Of a DNA stretch of 64,000 bases, positions 38,144-48,223 are shown one piece after another. Both the position numbers and the translations under genes were made by a program. Numbering within the stretch: position 1 is the stretch's first letter; each line of letters opens with the position of its first letter. The notes beneath the pieces are model-generated. The model was given only the letters and a program-made list of their open reading frames with translations. It was not told the DNA's origin and ran no database searches. The stretch is taken from positions 172,595 through 236,594 of the forward strand of contig CAWJJC010000005.1 in assembly GCA_963843145.1 (NCBI GenBank), in the 5' to 3' direction. This stretch comes from an uncultured delta proteobacterium (GTDB lineage: Bacteria > Desulfobacterota > RBG-13-43-22).

Positions 38144-39859
38144 TCAAAACTTCGATGCGGCGATGATTTTCTGAACCGCTTCCAGGACCTCTTCCACTTT
38201 GACCAGTTCCATCTGCTTCGTCCTTCGGGGACGCAGCTCGACTTGACCTTGTTTCAACCCCTTGGGGCCGACGGTTATCCGGAGGGGAATACCGATCAGG
38301 TCCCCGTCTTTAAACTTTATTCCCGGCCTTTCGTCCCGATCATCGAGTAACACCTCGATCCCGGCCTTTTGGAAGGATTCATAAAGGGCCATAATGGTGG
38401 CCTGCTCCGCTGACCCCGGCTTCCAATCAATGGGGGTGATCAGGACCTGAAAGGGTGCCAGGGCCAGAGGCCAGACAATCCCGTCCGAATCATGGTTTTG
38501 TTCGATGGCCGCGGCCACGGTCCGGCCCACGCCGATGCCATAGCAACCCATGATCATCGTCTGCTCCCTTCCCTGTTCGTCGAGATAGGTGGCTTTCAAT
38601 GCCCGGGAATACTTGTCCCCCAATTTAAAAACGTGCCCCACCTCAATACCCCGGTAAGACTCCAGAGGAGCCTGGCAACGGGGACAGGGTTCTCCGGATT
38701 TGACCTGGCGCAAGTCGGCCCAGGTGACGGGGGGGATATCCACTTCCCAGTTCAAGTCCAGGTAGTGCTGGTCAGCCTCATTGGCCCCCATGATGAAATT
38801 TTTCAATCCCTGGAGAGTTTGATCGGCCCAGAGAGGGACGGTCAGTCCCACCGCGCCGGCAAAACCTACCGGAGCACCCGTTACCTGCTCCACGACGCGC
38901 TCATCGGCCAGGGTGATTTCATCCAACCCCAACGCCCGCAAGACTTTGGTTTCATTCACCTCTTGATCCCCCCGCACCAGGATGCCCACCGGCCCGGCTG
39001 AGGTTTGATAAAGAATGGTCTTCACCAGACGATCCGCCGGGACCGACAGAAATCGGGCCACTTCCTCTACCGTTCGCTGCCCCGGGGTATGCCGTTTCTC
39101 CCGGGGGCGAACCAAGACCTGGGGATCTTCCCCGGGCTGCCAGGCGGAAACAGCCCGTTCCACGTTAGCGGCGTAGCGACAGGCGCTGCAGGCCATGACG
39201 GCATCCTCCCCAGTCTCGGCCAGGACCATGAACTCATGAGAGAAGCTCCCGCCGATGGCCCCGCTGTCGGCCTCCACCGCCTTGAAGCGCAGACCGCAGC
39301 GTTCAAAGATCCGCTGGTAGGCCTCGAACATCTTGCCATAGGAAAGCTCTGCGCCGGTCTCATCCCGGTCAAAGCTGTACCCATCCTTCATCCCGAACTC
39401 CCGCCCCCGCATCAATCCGAATCGGGGGCGGATTTCATCCCGGAACTTGGTCTGAATCTGGTACAGGTTTACCGGCAGTTGGCGGTAAGAACGGATTTCG
39501 TGGCGGATTAAATCGGTGACGACCTCCTCGTGGGTAGGTCCCAGACAATAGGCATGACCGTGACGATCCTTCAATCGGAACAGCTCCTTCCCATACTTAT
39601 CCCATCTTCCGCTTTCCTGCCAGAGCTCTGCCGGCTGCAGGGCCGGCAGGATGACTTCCTGGGCACCGGCCCGCTCCATTTCCTCCCGGATGATGGACTC
39701 CATTTTTCTCAAGGAGCGGACGCCCAGGGGAAGATAGCTGTAAATCCCGGAAGACAGCTTGCGGATCAATCCCGCCCGCACCATGAGCTGGTGACTGATG
39801 ACCTCGGCTTCAGCCGGTTTTTCCTTCAGCGTCGGAATATAAAGTTGGGAAAAAAACAT
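38144..39859 (-). CDS. proS: Proline-tRNA ligase (bacterial type with INS editing domain)
   Basis: LGPTHEE, KFRDEIRPRFGLMRGREF, GFAG, IEVGHVFKLG, MGCYGIG. Confidence 0.97.
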   Translation of the reverse strand: MFFSQLYIPTLKEKPAEAEVISHQLMVRAGLIRKLSSGIYSYLPLGVRSLRKMESIIREEMERAGAQEVILPALQPAELWQESGRWDKYGKELFRLKDRHGHAYCLGPTHEEVVTDLIRHEIRSYRQLPVNLYQIQTKFRDEIRPRFGLMRGREFGMKDGYSFDRDETGAELSYGKMFEAYQRIFERCGLRFKAVEADSGAIGGSFSHEFMVLAETGEDAVMACSACRYAANVERAVSAWQPGEDPQVLVRPREKRHTPGQRTVEEVARFLSVPADRLVKTILYQTSAGPVGILVRGDQEVNETKVLRALGLDEITLADERVVEQVTGAPVGFAGAVGLTVPLWADQTLQGLKNFIMGANEADQHYLDLNWEVDIPPVTWADLRQVKSGEPCPRCQAPLESYRGIEVGHVFKLGDKYSRALKATYLDEQGREQTMIMGCYGIGVGRTVAAAIEQNHDSDGIVWPLALAPFQVLITPIDWKPGSAEQATIMALYESFQKAGIEVLLDDRDERPGIKFKDGDLIGIPLRITVGPKGLKQGQVELRPRRTKQMELVKVEEVLEAVQKIIAASKF

Positions 39860-39861
39860 GG

Positions 39862-40963
39862 CTATCCTTTCTCTTGAACCATTTTTTCAATTTCCGTCAG
39901 TAGGGTGGCCACCAGATCCGCCTCCTTGACCCTGCGTACCAGCCGGCCCCGGGCAAATAACATTCCCTGGCCTTTTCCCCCGGCAATGCCGATATCCGCT
40001 TCCCGGGCCTCACCCGGTCCGTTGACCACGCAACCCATAATGGCCACTTTGATCGGGGTGGTGATCTTTTGAACGGCCTTTTCCACCTGGCGCACCAGGG
40101 GAATCAGATCGATTCGGCATCGGCCGCAGGTTGGGCAGGAGATGATCTCCACTCCCCGTTCCCGGAGTTTAAGGTTCCGTAGCAGCTCGAAGGCCACCCG
40201 GATCTCCTCCTTGGGCGGGGCCGTCAGGGAAACCCGCAGGGTGTCACCGATTCCCTGATAAAGAAGCAGGCCTATTCCCAAGGTGGATTTGATCGTCCCC
40301 GAAATCAGAGTCCCGGCCTCGGTGACCCCCAGGTGAAAGGGATAGTCGCACCTGGGGGGCCAGCCCCTGATAGGCCCGGATAGTCTGCATCACGTCCGAG
40401 GCCTTCAGGGATATTTTCAGGTTCGTAAAATGATGCTGTTCAAACAGCTCAATGTGGCGCAAAGCCGAAACGACCATGGCCTCGGCCAAGTGCTCCTCTC
40501 CCCGGCCCTGCAGATCCTTTTCCAAGGAACCGGCATTGACCCCGATCCGGATGCAGACCCCGCGATCCCTGGCCTCCTGGATGATCCGGATGACCTTGGC
40601 CCGGGATCCGATGTTCCCGGGATTAATCCGGATCCCCGCGGCCCCGGCTTTCATGGCTTCCAGGGCCAGGCGGTGGTCAAAATGAATATCGGCGATCACC
40701 GGCAACGGGGATCTTTCCACTATGCCCCCTAGAGCCCGGGCAGCCTCGGAATCCGGCACCGCCACCCGGATCAATTCGCAGCCAGATTTGTATAAGCTAT
40801 TTATTTGCTTAACTGTGCTTGCTATAACCCGAGTGTCGGTATTCGTCATGGACTGAACCACAACCGGGTGTCCCCGGCCGATAAGGACCCCTCCTACTGA
40901 GACCGTATTGGTTTTCCGCCGCAGCTCTGGGGCGGAGGGATTTTGAGATGCAATTTGATTCCA
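39862..40963 (-). CDS. ispG: 4-hydroxy-3-methylbut-2-en-1-yl diphosphate synthase, frameshifted in this sequence
   Basis: VQSMTNT, ADIHFD, RINPGN, GVNAGS, then after a shift in the G6 run at ~40354-40359 YPFHLGVTEAG, GDTLRVSL, CPTCGR, MGCVVNGPGEA. Start codon uncertain. Confidence 0.9.
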
Positions 40964-41105
40964 TTTTAAAAAGAATTGACAACCCCGGTTAAATGGGTTA
41001 AAAATTTCATCAGGCTGTTATTTTCTTCTATTACTATTTTTATACCATAAATTATCGTTAGACAAGTGGTTTTGATCCAGTTTCTGGAAACCCCTGCCCT
41101 TCCGG

Positions 41106-41457
41106 ATGGAATATTCCCCCAACCATGAATTGAAAGGTCTCATTGAGCTTGTCAGCAATGTGAATGACGCTTTCACCGCCGCTTTGTTTCTTTTCAATCC
41201 CCAGAGGGATCGGCTTTTACTGAGCGCTTACCATACCTTGAGCCTCCAGGTAAACCCTAAAACCACAATCCAGCCGGGAGACAGCCTCATCGGGTGGGTG
41301 GCCAAAAACGAACAGCCCGTGAATGTGGCCCAGTTCGATCGAGATAACCGGAATCTGAAACTCTATCTGAGAGATGAGGGCATCAAATCCTTCATGGCCG
41401 TCCCGGTGGGTGACGCCGGGGTACTTTGTGTAGACAGCAAACGCAATTATGTCTTTA
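41106..41457 (+). CDS. GAF-domain protein, truncated at the junction
   Basis: AFTAALF, GDSLIGWVAKN, IKSFMAVPV..GVLCVDSKRNYVF, followed by unrelated high-GC sequence. Confidence 0.75.
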
Positions 41458-41465
41458 TCATGACG
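41455..41465. other. Probable chimeric junction between two genomes
   Basis: Abrupt composition change; convergent genes on both sides are truncated at this point; no mobile-element ends. Confidence 0.85.
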
Positions 41466-41689
41466 GCCGCCCGCGTCGCGGACTCGCCTTGCAGCACGAG
41501 CACGCGGTCGTTGCCCGTGGTCCGCCGCGCGACCGCTGCGATCTCCGCCGTGGCCTTGTCGAATTGCTCCTGATACTTCGGCTCGCCGCCGAGTCCGCCG
41601 ACCACGAGGTAGTACAGGTCAGCGCGGGCGGGGGCCGCGAACGCCGCACCGAGGGCGAGAACGAGCCACGCGCACCCTCGGCCGTTCAT
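41458..41689 (-). CDS. Secreted protein (possibly caspase/C13-like fold), N-terminal fragment only
   Basis: Signal peptide ending PARA, then YYLVVGGLGGEPKYQEQF..ATRAAV. ATGA overlap with the upstream gene; cut at the junction. Confidence 0.65.
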
Positions 41690-43929
41690 AGCCGCCCCCA
41701 GAACAGGCGCAGCACCCATTCGCCCGTCTTCAGGGCAAGCAGCAATAAAAATACGATGGGCATGTTCCAGAGATCCAGCACTTGCCTTTCGACACTGCCC
41801 GCGTCCGAAAAGCTCACCGCTTCCGGCAATCGGCGCATGTCCGACACCGGGAAGTAGCTGCCCCCCGTCGCGGCGGCAAGCCGCTCGAGCAACGGCCGAT
41901 TCTGCTGCACGTGGTAGTGCTCGACGACGCCATCCTCGCGCCGCACGGCGACGCGGGCGTCGCCCAACGTATCCTTGCCCACCTGCGCCTTGGCCTCGAA
42001 ACGGAACACGCCGGTGTGCGCCGTTTCGTAGTTGGCCTCGTAGACGCCGTGCTGCCCGGCGACGGGCGTCATCGCGAGCGTCGTCGCGGGCCCTTGGCCG
42101 TCGCTGACCTCGACGTCCACTTTGGCGTCGTCCGCCGGCTCGAATTTCGGGTTACGGACTTCAGCGCGCAGCTTGACGGTGCTCTCGTCGCCGTAGAAGA
42201 CGCGGTCGGAAGTGAGCGTGACCGCTTGCGGCGCAGTGGTCGCGGCGGCTTGCAGGAGCTGCCGCCAAAACGTCTCGTGGCGCTGATCTTCGTGCGGCAG
42301 CTGCATCTGCCAACGCCACGTGCCGCCCGTGGCAAGCACATACACATTGCCGAGCCCGTAGCGCTGGTGCACGAGCAGCGGCTCGATTTTGCCGCCGAAA
42401 TCGGCGTCGAGCAGAGATTCGGCGCCCGGTTTGAGCTCCGCTACGTGCTGGAAATCCGCGAGCTCAGGCATGCTGGCCCAGAGTTCGGCGTTTTTCTTGT
42501 CGTCGGCGTCGAGCCGCGTGACGGCCGATGTGCGACCGAAGGCCGTGAGTTTGGGCTTAGCGGGCTCGCGCACGAAGCTCGGGCCGTCCAGCATCGGCAG
42601 CCGCACCGGCAAAATCTCGGCAACGCTCGTCGCGGCCCAGCCCCCGTCGGTGAGGCCGCGTCTGCCGCCCATCATCAACAACGTGCCGCCGCGGCGGCTC
42701 ACGAAGTCGCGGATCAGGTCCTGCTGCGCTGCCGTCAGCGACGCCGCCTCGAAGCTGCCGATCATTATTGCGTCGTAGTGGAACAGCGAGATCTCGTCCG
42801 TCGGGAAGCCGTTCACGAGCTCGTCCGGTGTTTCCACGCCCTGGCGGTAGAACTTGTTCGGCGTGGTCTTCAGCAGGCTCGCGACACGCACGGCCGGGTT
42901 GTCGTCGATCGCGCGGCGGATGAACTTGTACTCCCAGCGCGGCTCCCCCTCGATATATAAGATGTGTCGGCGCTGTTCCGGCACTTCCATGGGCCGCAGA
43001 CGCGAGTTGTTGACGATATCGGTCTCGCCGGGCAAGGCGTCGAGCGCGAACTTGAGGTCCCGGACGCCAGCCTTGCCGACATCGATGTCGACCAGCCGCG
43101 TGGTGACGCCGGCCGTGCTCGGTAGCTGGATCGACTGCGAAGCGATGATCGCGTCGCCGTCGTAGACCTTCAGCTGCGCAAGCGCGCTGCCGCTGTGGCG
43201 GATGCTGACCTGCGCACTGACGGTGGAACCCGGCATGCCGACGGCCGGCATTTGCACGTCCTCGAGCTCGAGGTCGTTCGGAATCGTCTCCGCACCCACA
43301 CCCACCGTATGCACGGGTACGCCGAAGCTTGCGATCTCCGCGATCTTGGCCGAATCGAGCTCGTTCGAGTTGTCCGCGCCGTCGGTCACGAGCACGACCG
43401 CCGCGATGGCGCCGGACTGCGCGCCGCGCAGCAACCCGAGCAATGCGTCGCCGATGTGCGTGACGGGCCCCGGGGCCGGCACCTGCTCGAGCGACGGCAA
43501 CTCGATCAGGTCGCGCGCGAACGAAAACATATTGACGGTGAACGACGCCTTCAGCTGCGGGAGCGCGTTGGCTTCGAGACTGTCGATGGCGATCTGGAGC
43601 CTGGACTTATCGCCCTCGCCGTACAGCATGCTGCCGGAGGTATCGAGCAGCACGGCGACGGAGTTCTCCTGCGGCCGCAGCGTCTGCGTCACGAGCGCCG
43701 GCCGCCAGACGAGCACGAGCAGCGCTGCGAGCAGCGCCGTCTGTAGCACGCCGAGCGTAATCACGCGCACGAGACCGAGTGCGGGCTGGCGGCGCCACAA
43801 GCTGACACCCACGGCGACCCCCGCGAGCACGATCAGCGCGAGCAACAGCCACACGGGCCACCCGCTCGCGAACACGAGCTCGCCGCGTTCGAACGTGGCG
43901 CGAGAGTATTTGAAGAAGAAGTCGAACAA
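41686..43929 (-). CDS. Membrane protein with vWA and glutamine-amidotransferase-like domains
   Basis: N-terminal TMs, MIDAS DTSGSM..T..VTDG, ILYIEGEPRWEYKF, GGTLLMMGG, TWRWQM, C-terminal TM and EW.LR..G.L. Confidence 0.85.
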   Translation of the reverse strand: MFDFFFKYSRATFERGELVFASGWPVWLLLALIVLAGVAVGVSLWRRQPALGLVRVITLGVLQTALLAALLVLVWRPALVTQTLRPQENSVAVLLDTSGSMLYGEGDKSRLQIAIDSLEANALPQLKASFTVNMFSFARDLIELPSLEQVPAPGPVTHIGDALLGLLRGAQSGAIAAVVLVTDGADNSNELDSAKIAEIASFGVPVHTVGVGAETIPNDLELEDVQMPAVGMPGSTVSAQVSIRHSGSALAQLKVYDGDAIIASQSIQLPSTAGVTTRLVDIDVGKAGVRDLKFALDALPGETDIVNNSRLRPMEVPEQRRHILYIEGEPRWEYKFIRRAIDDNPAVRVASLLKTTPNKFYRQGVETPDELVNGFPTDEISLFHYDAIMIGSFEAASLTAAQQDLIRDFVSRRGGTLLMMGGRRGLTDGGWAATSVAEILPVRLPMLDGPSFVREPAKPKLTAFGRTSAVTRLDADDKKNAELWASMPELADFQHVAELKPGAESLLDADFGGKIEPLLVHQRYGLGNVYVLATGGTWRWQMQLPHEDQRHETFWRQLLQAAATTAPQAVTLTSDRVFYGDESTVKLRAEVRNPKFEPADDAKVDVEVSDGQGPATTLAMTPVAGQHGVYEANYETAHTGVFRFEAKAQVGKDTLGDARVAVRREDGVVEHYHVQQNRPLLERLAAATGGSYFPVSDMRRLPEAVSFSDAGSVERQVLDLWNMPIVFLLLLALKTGEWVLRLFWGRL

Positions 43930-44160
43930 CCGCGGCTCCGCTTTTGCCAGGCGCCGGGGCGCGTGTGCGCACCCTCGCCCAACCTTACCCCGACCACCCC
44001 ATCGACGCTCGGTCTGGACAAAACTCCAGACTGCCGGCCGTGCGGCCGGCGGCTCGTTTTCAAACGATCTGACCGGAGCTTACCGAAACGGTGCGGCCAA
44101 CGCCTAGACCCGAAAATCGAATGGCTTGGTGGCCGGGGCTCGCGGGGCTAGGATCGCACC

Positions 44161-44385
44161 GTGAAGAGTGCGGATAAAAAAGCCGTCGTGACCGAGTATC
44201 TGCAGCGCTGCAACCGCTACGCCGAGGGCCAACTGTCGAAGTATCGGCAGGAGCTTGGCGCCGCTGATGCCACCGCGGCGCTCCTGATCCAGGACAAGAT
44301 CGGCCACTGGACGGCGTATCGCGCCTTCAACGAGCACGCGCTCGGCGAGCTTGGCCGCGGTGAGCTCGACGACTGGTTCGCATGA
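44161..44385 (+). CDS. Small hypothetical protein
   Basis: 74 aa, helical with natural composition, AGGA upstream, ends ELDDWF. Confidence 0.65.
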   Translation: MKSADKKAVVTEYLQRCNRYAEGQLSKYRQELGAADATAALLIQDKIGHWTAYRAFNEHALGELGRGELDDWFA

Positions 44386-44418
44386 ACTTGGCAGACCTTC
44401 GCACGGCATGACTCGACG

Positions 44419-45180
44419 ATGACACCACGACTCGCAAGCAAAGGCCTCTTCGGCCTCGCGGCCGCTCTGATCGTGCTCGCGGTCGCCGGCGACGATTTGA
44501 ATGGCGCACCGAGCTGGCCGACCAACGAGTTCCACTTCACCCGGATGTACTACCAGGGCAACCGCACCGACCGGGGCTGGCGCGGCGGCAGCTGGACCAC
44601 GGACTACCCCGAAGCCGAGGTGCACTTCACGATGGGCGTGGGCCGGCTCACACGCGTGGATATCGGCGAGGCGCGGATGCTGAAGGTCACGGACGACACG
44701 ATCTTCAACTACCCGTGGCTGTACGCCGTCGAAGTTGGCCGCTGGTACTTGGACGAGACGGACGCAGCGCGCTTGCGGGAGTACTTGGACCGCGGCGGTT
44801 TCCTCATGGTCGACGACTTCCACGGCACGCTGCAGTGGGCGAGCTTCATGGACTCGATGCAGCGCGTATTTCCCGACCGGCCGGTGGTCGAGATCAGCGA
44901 CCGGCACGAAGTTTTTCATGTGCTGTACGACTTGGATCAGCGCATCCAGATCCCTGGCATCGCGGCGCTTTCTCGCGGCCAGACATACGAGCAGGACGGG
45001 GTGCAGCCGCACTGGCGCGGCATTTACGACGACACGGGCCGGCTCGTGGTCGCGATCAACTTCAACATGGATTTGGGCGATGCATGGGAGCACGCGGATA
45101 ACCCCCGCTACCCCGAGGCCATGACCACGCTCGCCTACCGCTTCGCTGTAAACTACGTCGTATATTCGATGACGCACTAG
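44419..45180 (+). CDS. DUF4159-domain secreted protein
   Basis: Signal peptide, WTTDYPEAE, YPWLY, LREYLDRGGFLMVDDFHG, NMDLGDAWE, VNYVVYSMTH. Confidence 0.88.
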   Translation: MTPRLASKGLFGLAAALIVLAVAGDDLNGAPSWPTNEFHFTRMYYQGNRTDRGWRGGSWTTDYPEAEVHFTMGVGRLTRVDIGEARMLKVTDDTIFNYPWLYAVEVGRWYLDETDAARLREYLDRGGFLMVDDFHGTLQWASFMDSMQRVFPDRPVVEISDRHEVFHVLYDLDQRIQIPGIAALSRGQTYEQDGVQPHWRGIYDDTGRLVVAINFNMDLGDAWEHADNPRYPEAMTTLAYRFAVNYVVYSMTH

Positions 45181-45193
45181 CGTCCTCGCGGCA

Positions 45194-45311
45194 GGCGACG
45201 ACGTCTGCGAGGGGGCCCGCGAAAAACGCCGCAAGTACGTCCCTGTAGGCTCACTCGGCACCGTCCCTGGCGCCGAGTGTTTTCGCGGGTCCCCTCGCAG
45301 ACATCGTCGCC
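45194..45311. repeat. Long imperfect palindrome (MITE/REP-like)
   Basis: ~33-bp arms GGCGACGACGTCTGCGAGGGGGCCCGCGAAAAAC / GTTTTCGCGGGTCCCCTCGCAGACATCGTCGCC with an internal hairpin. Confidence 0.8.
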
Positions 45312-45347
45312 GTTTTCGGTTTCGGTGCTAGATCAAGAGAGAGACAG

Positions 45348-47060
45348 ATGGACGGAGCGCAAACAGGAACGGCATCGGTGGCGGAAGGGTTGCTCAAGGC
45401 GCTGAAGCGGCGCGGCATCGACTACGTGCTCGCGAACGCGGGCACGGACTTCGCGCCGGTAATCGAAGGACTCGTGCGGCTGCAGGGCCAGCGCGAGGCA
45501 ATCCCGCGCTTTATCACCGTGCCGCACGAGAACCTCGCAATGGCGATGGCGCACGGCTACTACCAGGTCGCGGGCAAGCCGGCGGGCGTCATGGTCCACG
45601 TCACGGTGGGCACGGGTAACACCATCTGCGCGCTGATGAACGCCGCGCGCGACAACGTGCCACTGCTGCTGATGGCGGGGCGCACACCGCTGACACAGAA
45701 CGGGCACATCGCGTCGCGTTCGGCGCCCATTCATTGGGGCCAGGAGAATTTCGACCAGGCCGGCGTCGTGCGCGAATACACGAAGTGGGACTTCGAGCTG
45801 CGCGCGGGCCAGCCCGTGGACGAGGTGGTGGGCCGCGCGCTCGAGGTTGCGCTCTCCGAGCCGCGCGGGCCCGTGTATCTCACGCTGCCACGCGAAGTGC
45901 TGGCGGATGCCGACCGCGCGCAGAACCGGTTGCTGCCGCCGACGGAGCAAGCGCCGCCGCAGCCGAGCAGCAAGCACATCGATCAGGTCGCGGACCTCAT
46001 TGCGGGCGCCGAGTGGCCAATGATCTTGACCTCGAATCTCGGCCGCGACACGAGTGCCGTCGGCGTGCTCGCAGAGCTCGCGCAGCGCCATGCGATTCCC
46101 GTCGCGCAACCGCACGCGAGCTGCGTGAACCTGCCGGCGAGCCACCCGTTCAACACGGGGCACGCGGGCACCGAGCTGTTGGCCAAAGCCGACGTGATCA
46201 TCGTGGCCGACTGCGAAGTGCCGTGGTACCCGCGGTACGCCACGCCGCGCGCAGACGCGAAAGTCATCCATCTCGGCGTCGATCCGCTCTGGGTGCGCTA
46301 CCCCATCCACTCGTTCCCGGCGCATCTCGCGATTCCCGGCAGCTCGAAGAGCGCGCTCGCCCTTCTCGACGAAGCGCTGCAGGCACGGCGTCTCGACCGC
46401 GTCGCTGCCGAAAAGCGGCGCGTCGCTATCGCGGCTTTCAACGCAACCGTGAGGCAGAAGCGCGCGGCAACAAACGCTGCGGCTCGCGCCGCGAGGCCCA
46501 TTAGCTATTCCTATGTAGGCGCGTGCATCCACGACGCGTTGCCGAAGGACGGCATCGTGATCACGGAGCTCGGTGTGGGGCTCGACGCCATGGAGCTCGA
46601 GGAGCCCGGCAGCCTGCTCGGCGTGAGCATCGGCGGCGGGCTCGGCTTCGGCCTCGGCGCGTCGCTCGGCGCGAAGCTCGCCGCACCGAATCGCATGGTG
46701 ATCAGCACCATGGGCGACGGCAGCTACATGTTCGGCAACCCCACGCCGTTCCACCTCGTGTCGCGCGCCGCGAAGCTGCCCACACTCACGATCATCTGCA
46801 ACAACGGCCGCTGGCAGGCGGTGGAGTCCGCGACGCGAGTGGTGTATCCGGACGGCGCCGCGGCGCATGCCGACGAGATGCCGCTCGTCGAGCTGCAACC
46901 GTCTCCGGAGTTCACGAGGGTCGCGGAAGCGTCCGACGCCTGGACGCGCCGAGTCGACGATCCGGGAGAGCTGCCGCGAGCCATCGATGCGGCAATGACG
47001 GCCGTGGCCGGCGGCCGGCAAGCGTTGCTCGACGTGCGCATGGAACACGGCCAGCGTTAA
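45348..47060 (+). CDS. Thiamine-diphosphate-dependent enzyme (acetolactate synthase/decarboxylase superfamily)
   Basis: NAGTDF, PHENLA, HVTVG, PRGPVYLTLPRE, TPP motif MGDGSYMF...NN. Confidence 0.92.
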   Translation: MDGAQTGTASVAEGLLKALKRRGIDYVLANAGTDFAPVIEGLVRLQGQREAIPRFITVPHENLAMAMAHGYYQVAGKPAGVMVHVTVGTGNTICALMNAARDNVPLLLMAGRTPLTQNGHIASRSAPIHWGQENFDQAGVVREYTKWDFELRAGQPVDEVVGRALEVALSEPRGPVYLTLPREVLADADRAQNRLLPPTEQAPPQPSSKHIDQVADLIAGAEWPMILTSNLGRDTSAVGVLAELAQRHAIPVAQPHASCVNLPASHPFNTGHAGTELLAKADVIIVADCEVPWYPRYATPRADAKVIHLGVDPLWVRYPIHSFPAHLAIPGSSKSALALLDEALQARRLDRVAAEKRRVAIAAFNATVRQKRAATNAAARAARPISYSYVGACIHDALPKDGIVITELGVGLDAMELEEPGSLLGVSIGGGLGFGLGASLGAKLAAPNRMVISTMGDGSYMFGNPTPFHLVSRAAKLPTLTIICNNGRWQAVESATRVVYPDGAAAHADEMPLVELQPSPEFTRVAEASDAWTRRVDDPGELPRAIDAAMTAVAGGRQALLDVRMEHGQR

Positions 47061-47064
47061 CGCG

Positions 47065-48105
47065 GTGCGAGCCACACTGAAATCTCTGACTCGCCGCGCG
47101 TGGCTCGAGCACTGCATGCGCTTCGGCGCACTCGGCGTTGCGGGTGCCGCCCTCCCGAGCTTGCTGCGCCCGGGGCGCGCCGCGGCGCAGAGCCTCGTGC
47201 CGGCACGCGGCGTTCACGTCGTGCTGCTCGGCACGCAGGGCGGGCCGAACTTCAACACCGAGCGCGCGGAAACCGCGAACGCCGTCGTCGTCGACGGCAC
47301 CCCGTACGTCGTCGATCTCGGAGAAGGCGCACTCGCCGCCATGCGCAAAGCGGGAATCGCGTTCCGCGACGTCGCGCGCGTGTTCCTGACGCATCTGCAC
47401 GACGATCACAGCGCTGAAGTCACGTCGTTCCTGACGCACCAGTGGTCCGACGGCCGCATCAAGCCGACGGTAGTGGCGGGCCCATACGGCACGGTGAAGC
47501 TCGTGGAGGCGGCGCTTCACGCGAGCGAAGCGAACGCAGCGATTCGCCTCATCGACGAGGCGCGCAAAACCAAACCCACCGACATCTTCAGCGGCCAGGA
47601 TCTCGCGGCCACACCGGAGCCGATCGAGGTCTACCGCGATGAGCGCGTCACCGTGTCGTCGGTCGAGAACACGCACTTCCCCGAAGAGTCGAAGCGCCGC
47701 ATGCCGTATCGGTCGCTGTCGTACCGCTTCGACTGCCCCGGGCGCTCGATCGTGTTCTCCGGAGACACGGCGTATTCCGCGGGGCTCGTCAAGCTCGCGC
47801 GCGGTGCTGACGTATTTATCTGCGAGGCGATCGAAGTGTCGAGCATGCGGCACGCGTTCGAGCGCATGGTTGCGAACGGCGCGTATGCCGACAATCCCGA
47901 GGGCGTGTGGGATCACATCGTCGCCACGCACACGACCACGGAGAACGCGGGCCGCATGGCGTCCGAAGCGGGAGTCGGCCTGCTCGTGTTGAACCATCTC
48001 GTGCCAGGCGCCCTGCAGTCCATCAGCGACGCGACCTACATCAAGGGCGCGCACCAGCACTTCAAAGGTAAAGTCGTCGTCGGCAAAGACCTCATGGTGC
48101 TGTGA
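47065..48105 (+). CDS. Tat-exported MBL-fold metallohydrolase (RNase Z/AtsA sulfatase-like)
   Basis: TRRAWL twin-arginine signal, LLGT, THLHDDH, FSGDT, HTT, LNHLVP. Confidence 0.9.
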   Translation: MRATLKSLTRRAWLEHCMRFGALGVAGAALPSLLRPGRAAAQSLVPARGVHVVLLGTQGGPNFNTERAETANAVVVDGTPYVVDLGEGALAAMRKAGIAFRDVARVFLTHLHDDHSAEVTSFLTHQWSDGRIKPTVVAGPYGTVKLVEAALHASEANAAIRLIDEARKTKPTDIFSGQDLAATPEPIEVYRDERVTVSSVENTHFPEESKRRMPYRSLSYRFDCPGRSIVFSGDTAYSAGLVKLARGADVFICEAIEVSSMRHAFERMVANGAYADNPEGVWDHIVATHTTTENAGRMASEAGVGLLVLNHLVPGALQSISDATYIKGAHQHFKGKVVVGKDLMVL

Positions 48106-48119
48106 GCGCGTAGCGCCTC

Positions 48120-48159
48120 AGCCAGCAGCCAGCAGCCAGCAGCCAGCAGCCAGCAGCCA
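48120..48159 (+). repeat. Heptamer tandem repeat (AGCCAGC)n
   Basis: About 5.5 perfect copies just after the MBL gene. Confidence 0.9.
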
Positions 48160-48223
48160 AGCGGACAAAGCACTCGGCAGCCGTTGCCACGACTCGCCCG
48201 GGCCGTGGGACGAGTGCTATCCC

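Noticed and set aside
40244-40360. Programmed frameshift or selenocysteine readthrough in ispG
   Set aside because: The break is a one-base homopolymer expansion, and similar indels occur in unrelated genes.
41106-41573. Full 155-aa GAF ORF as a novel fusion protein
   Set aside because: The last ~38 residues are antisense read-through across the junction.
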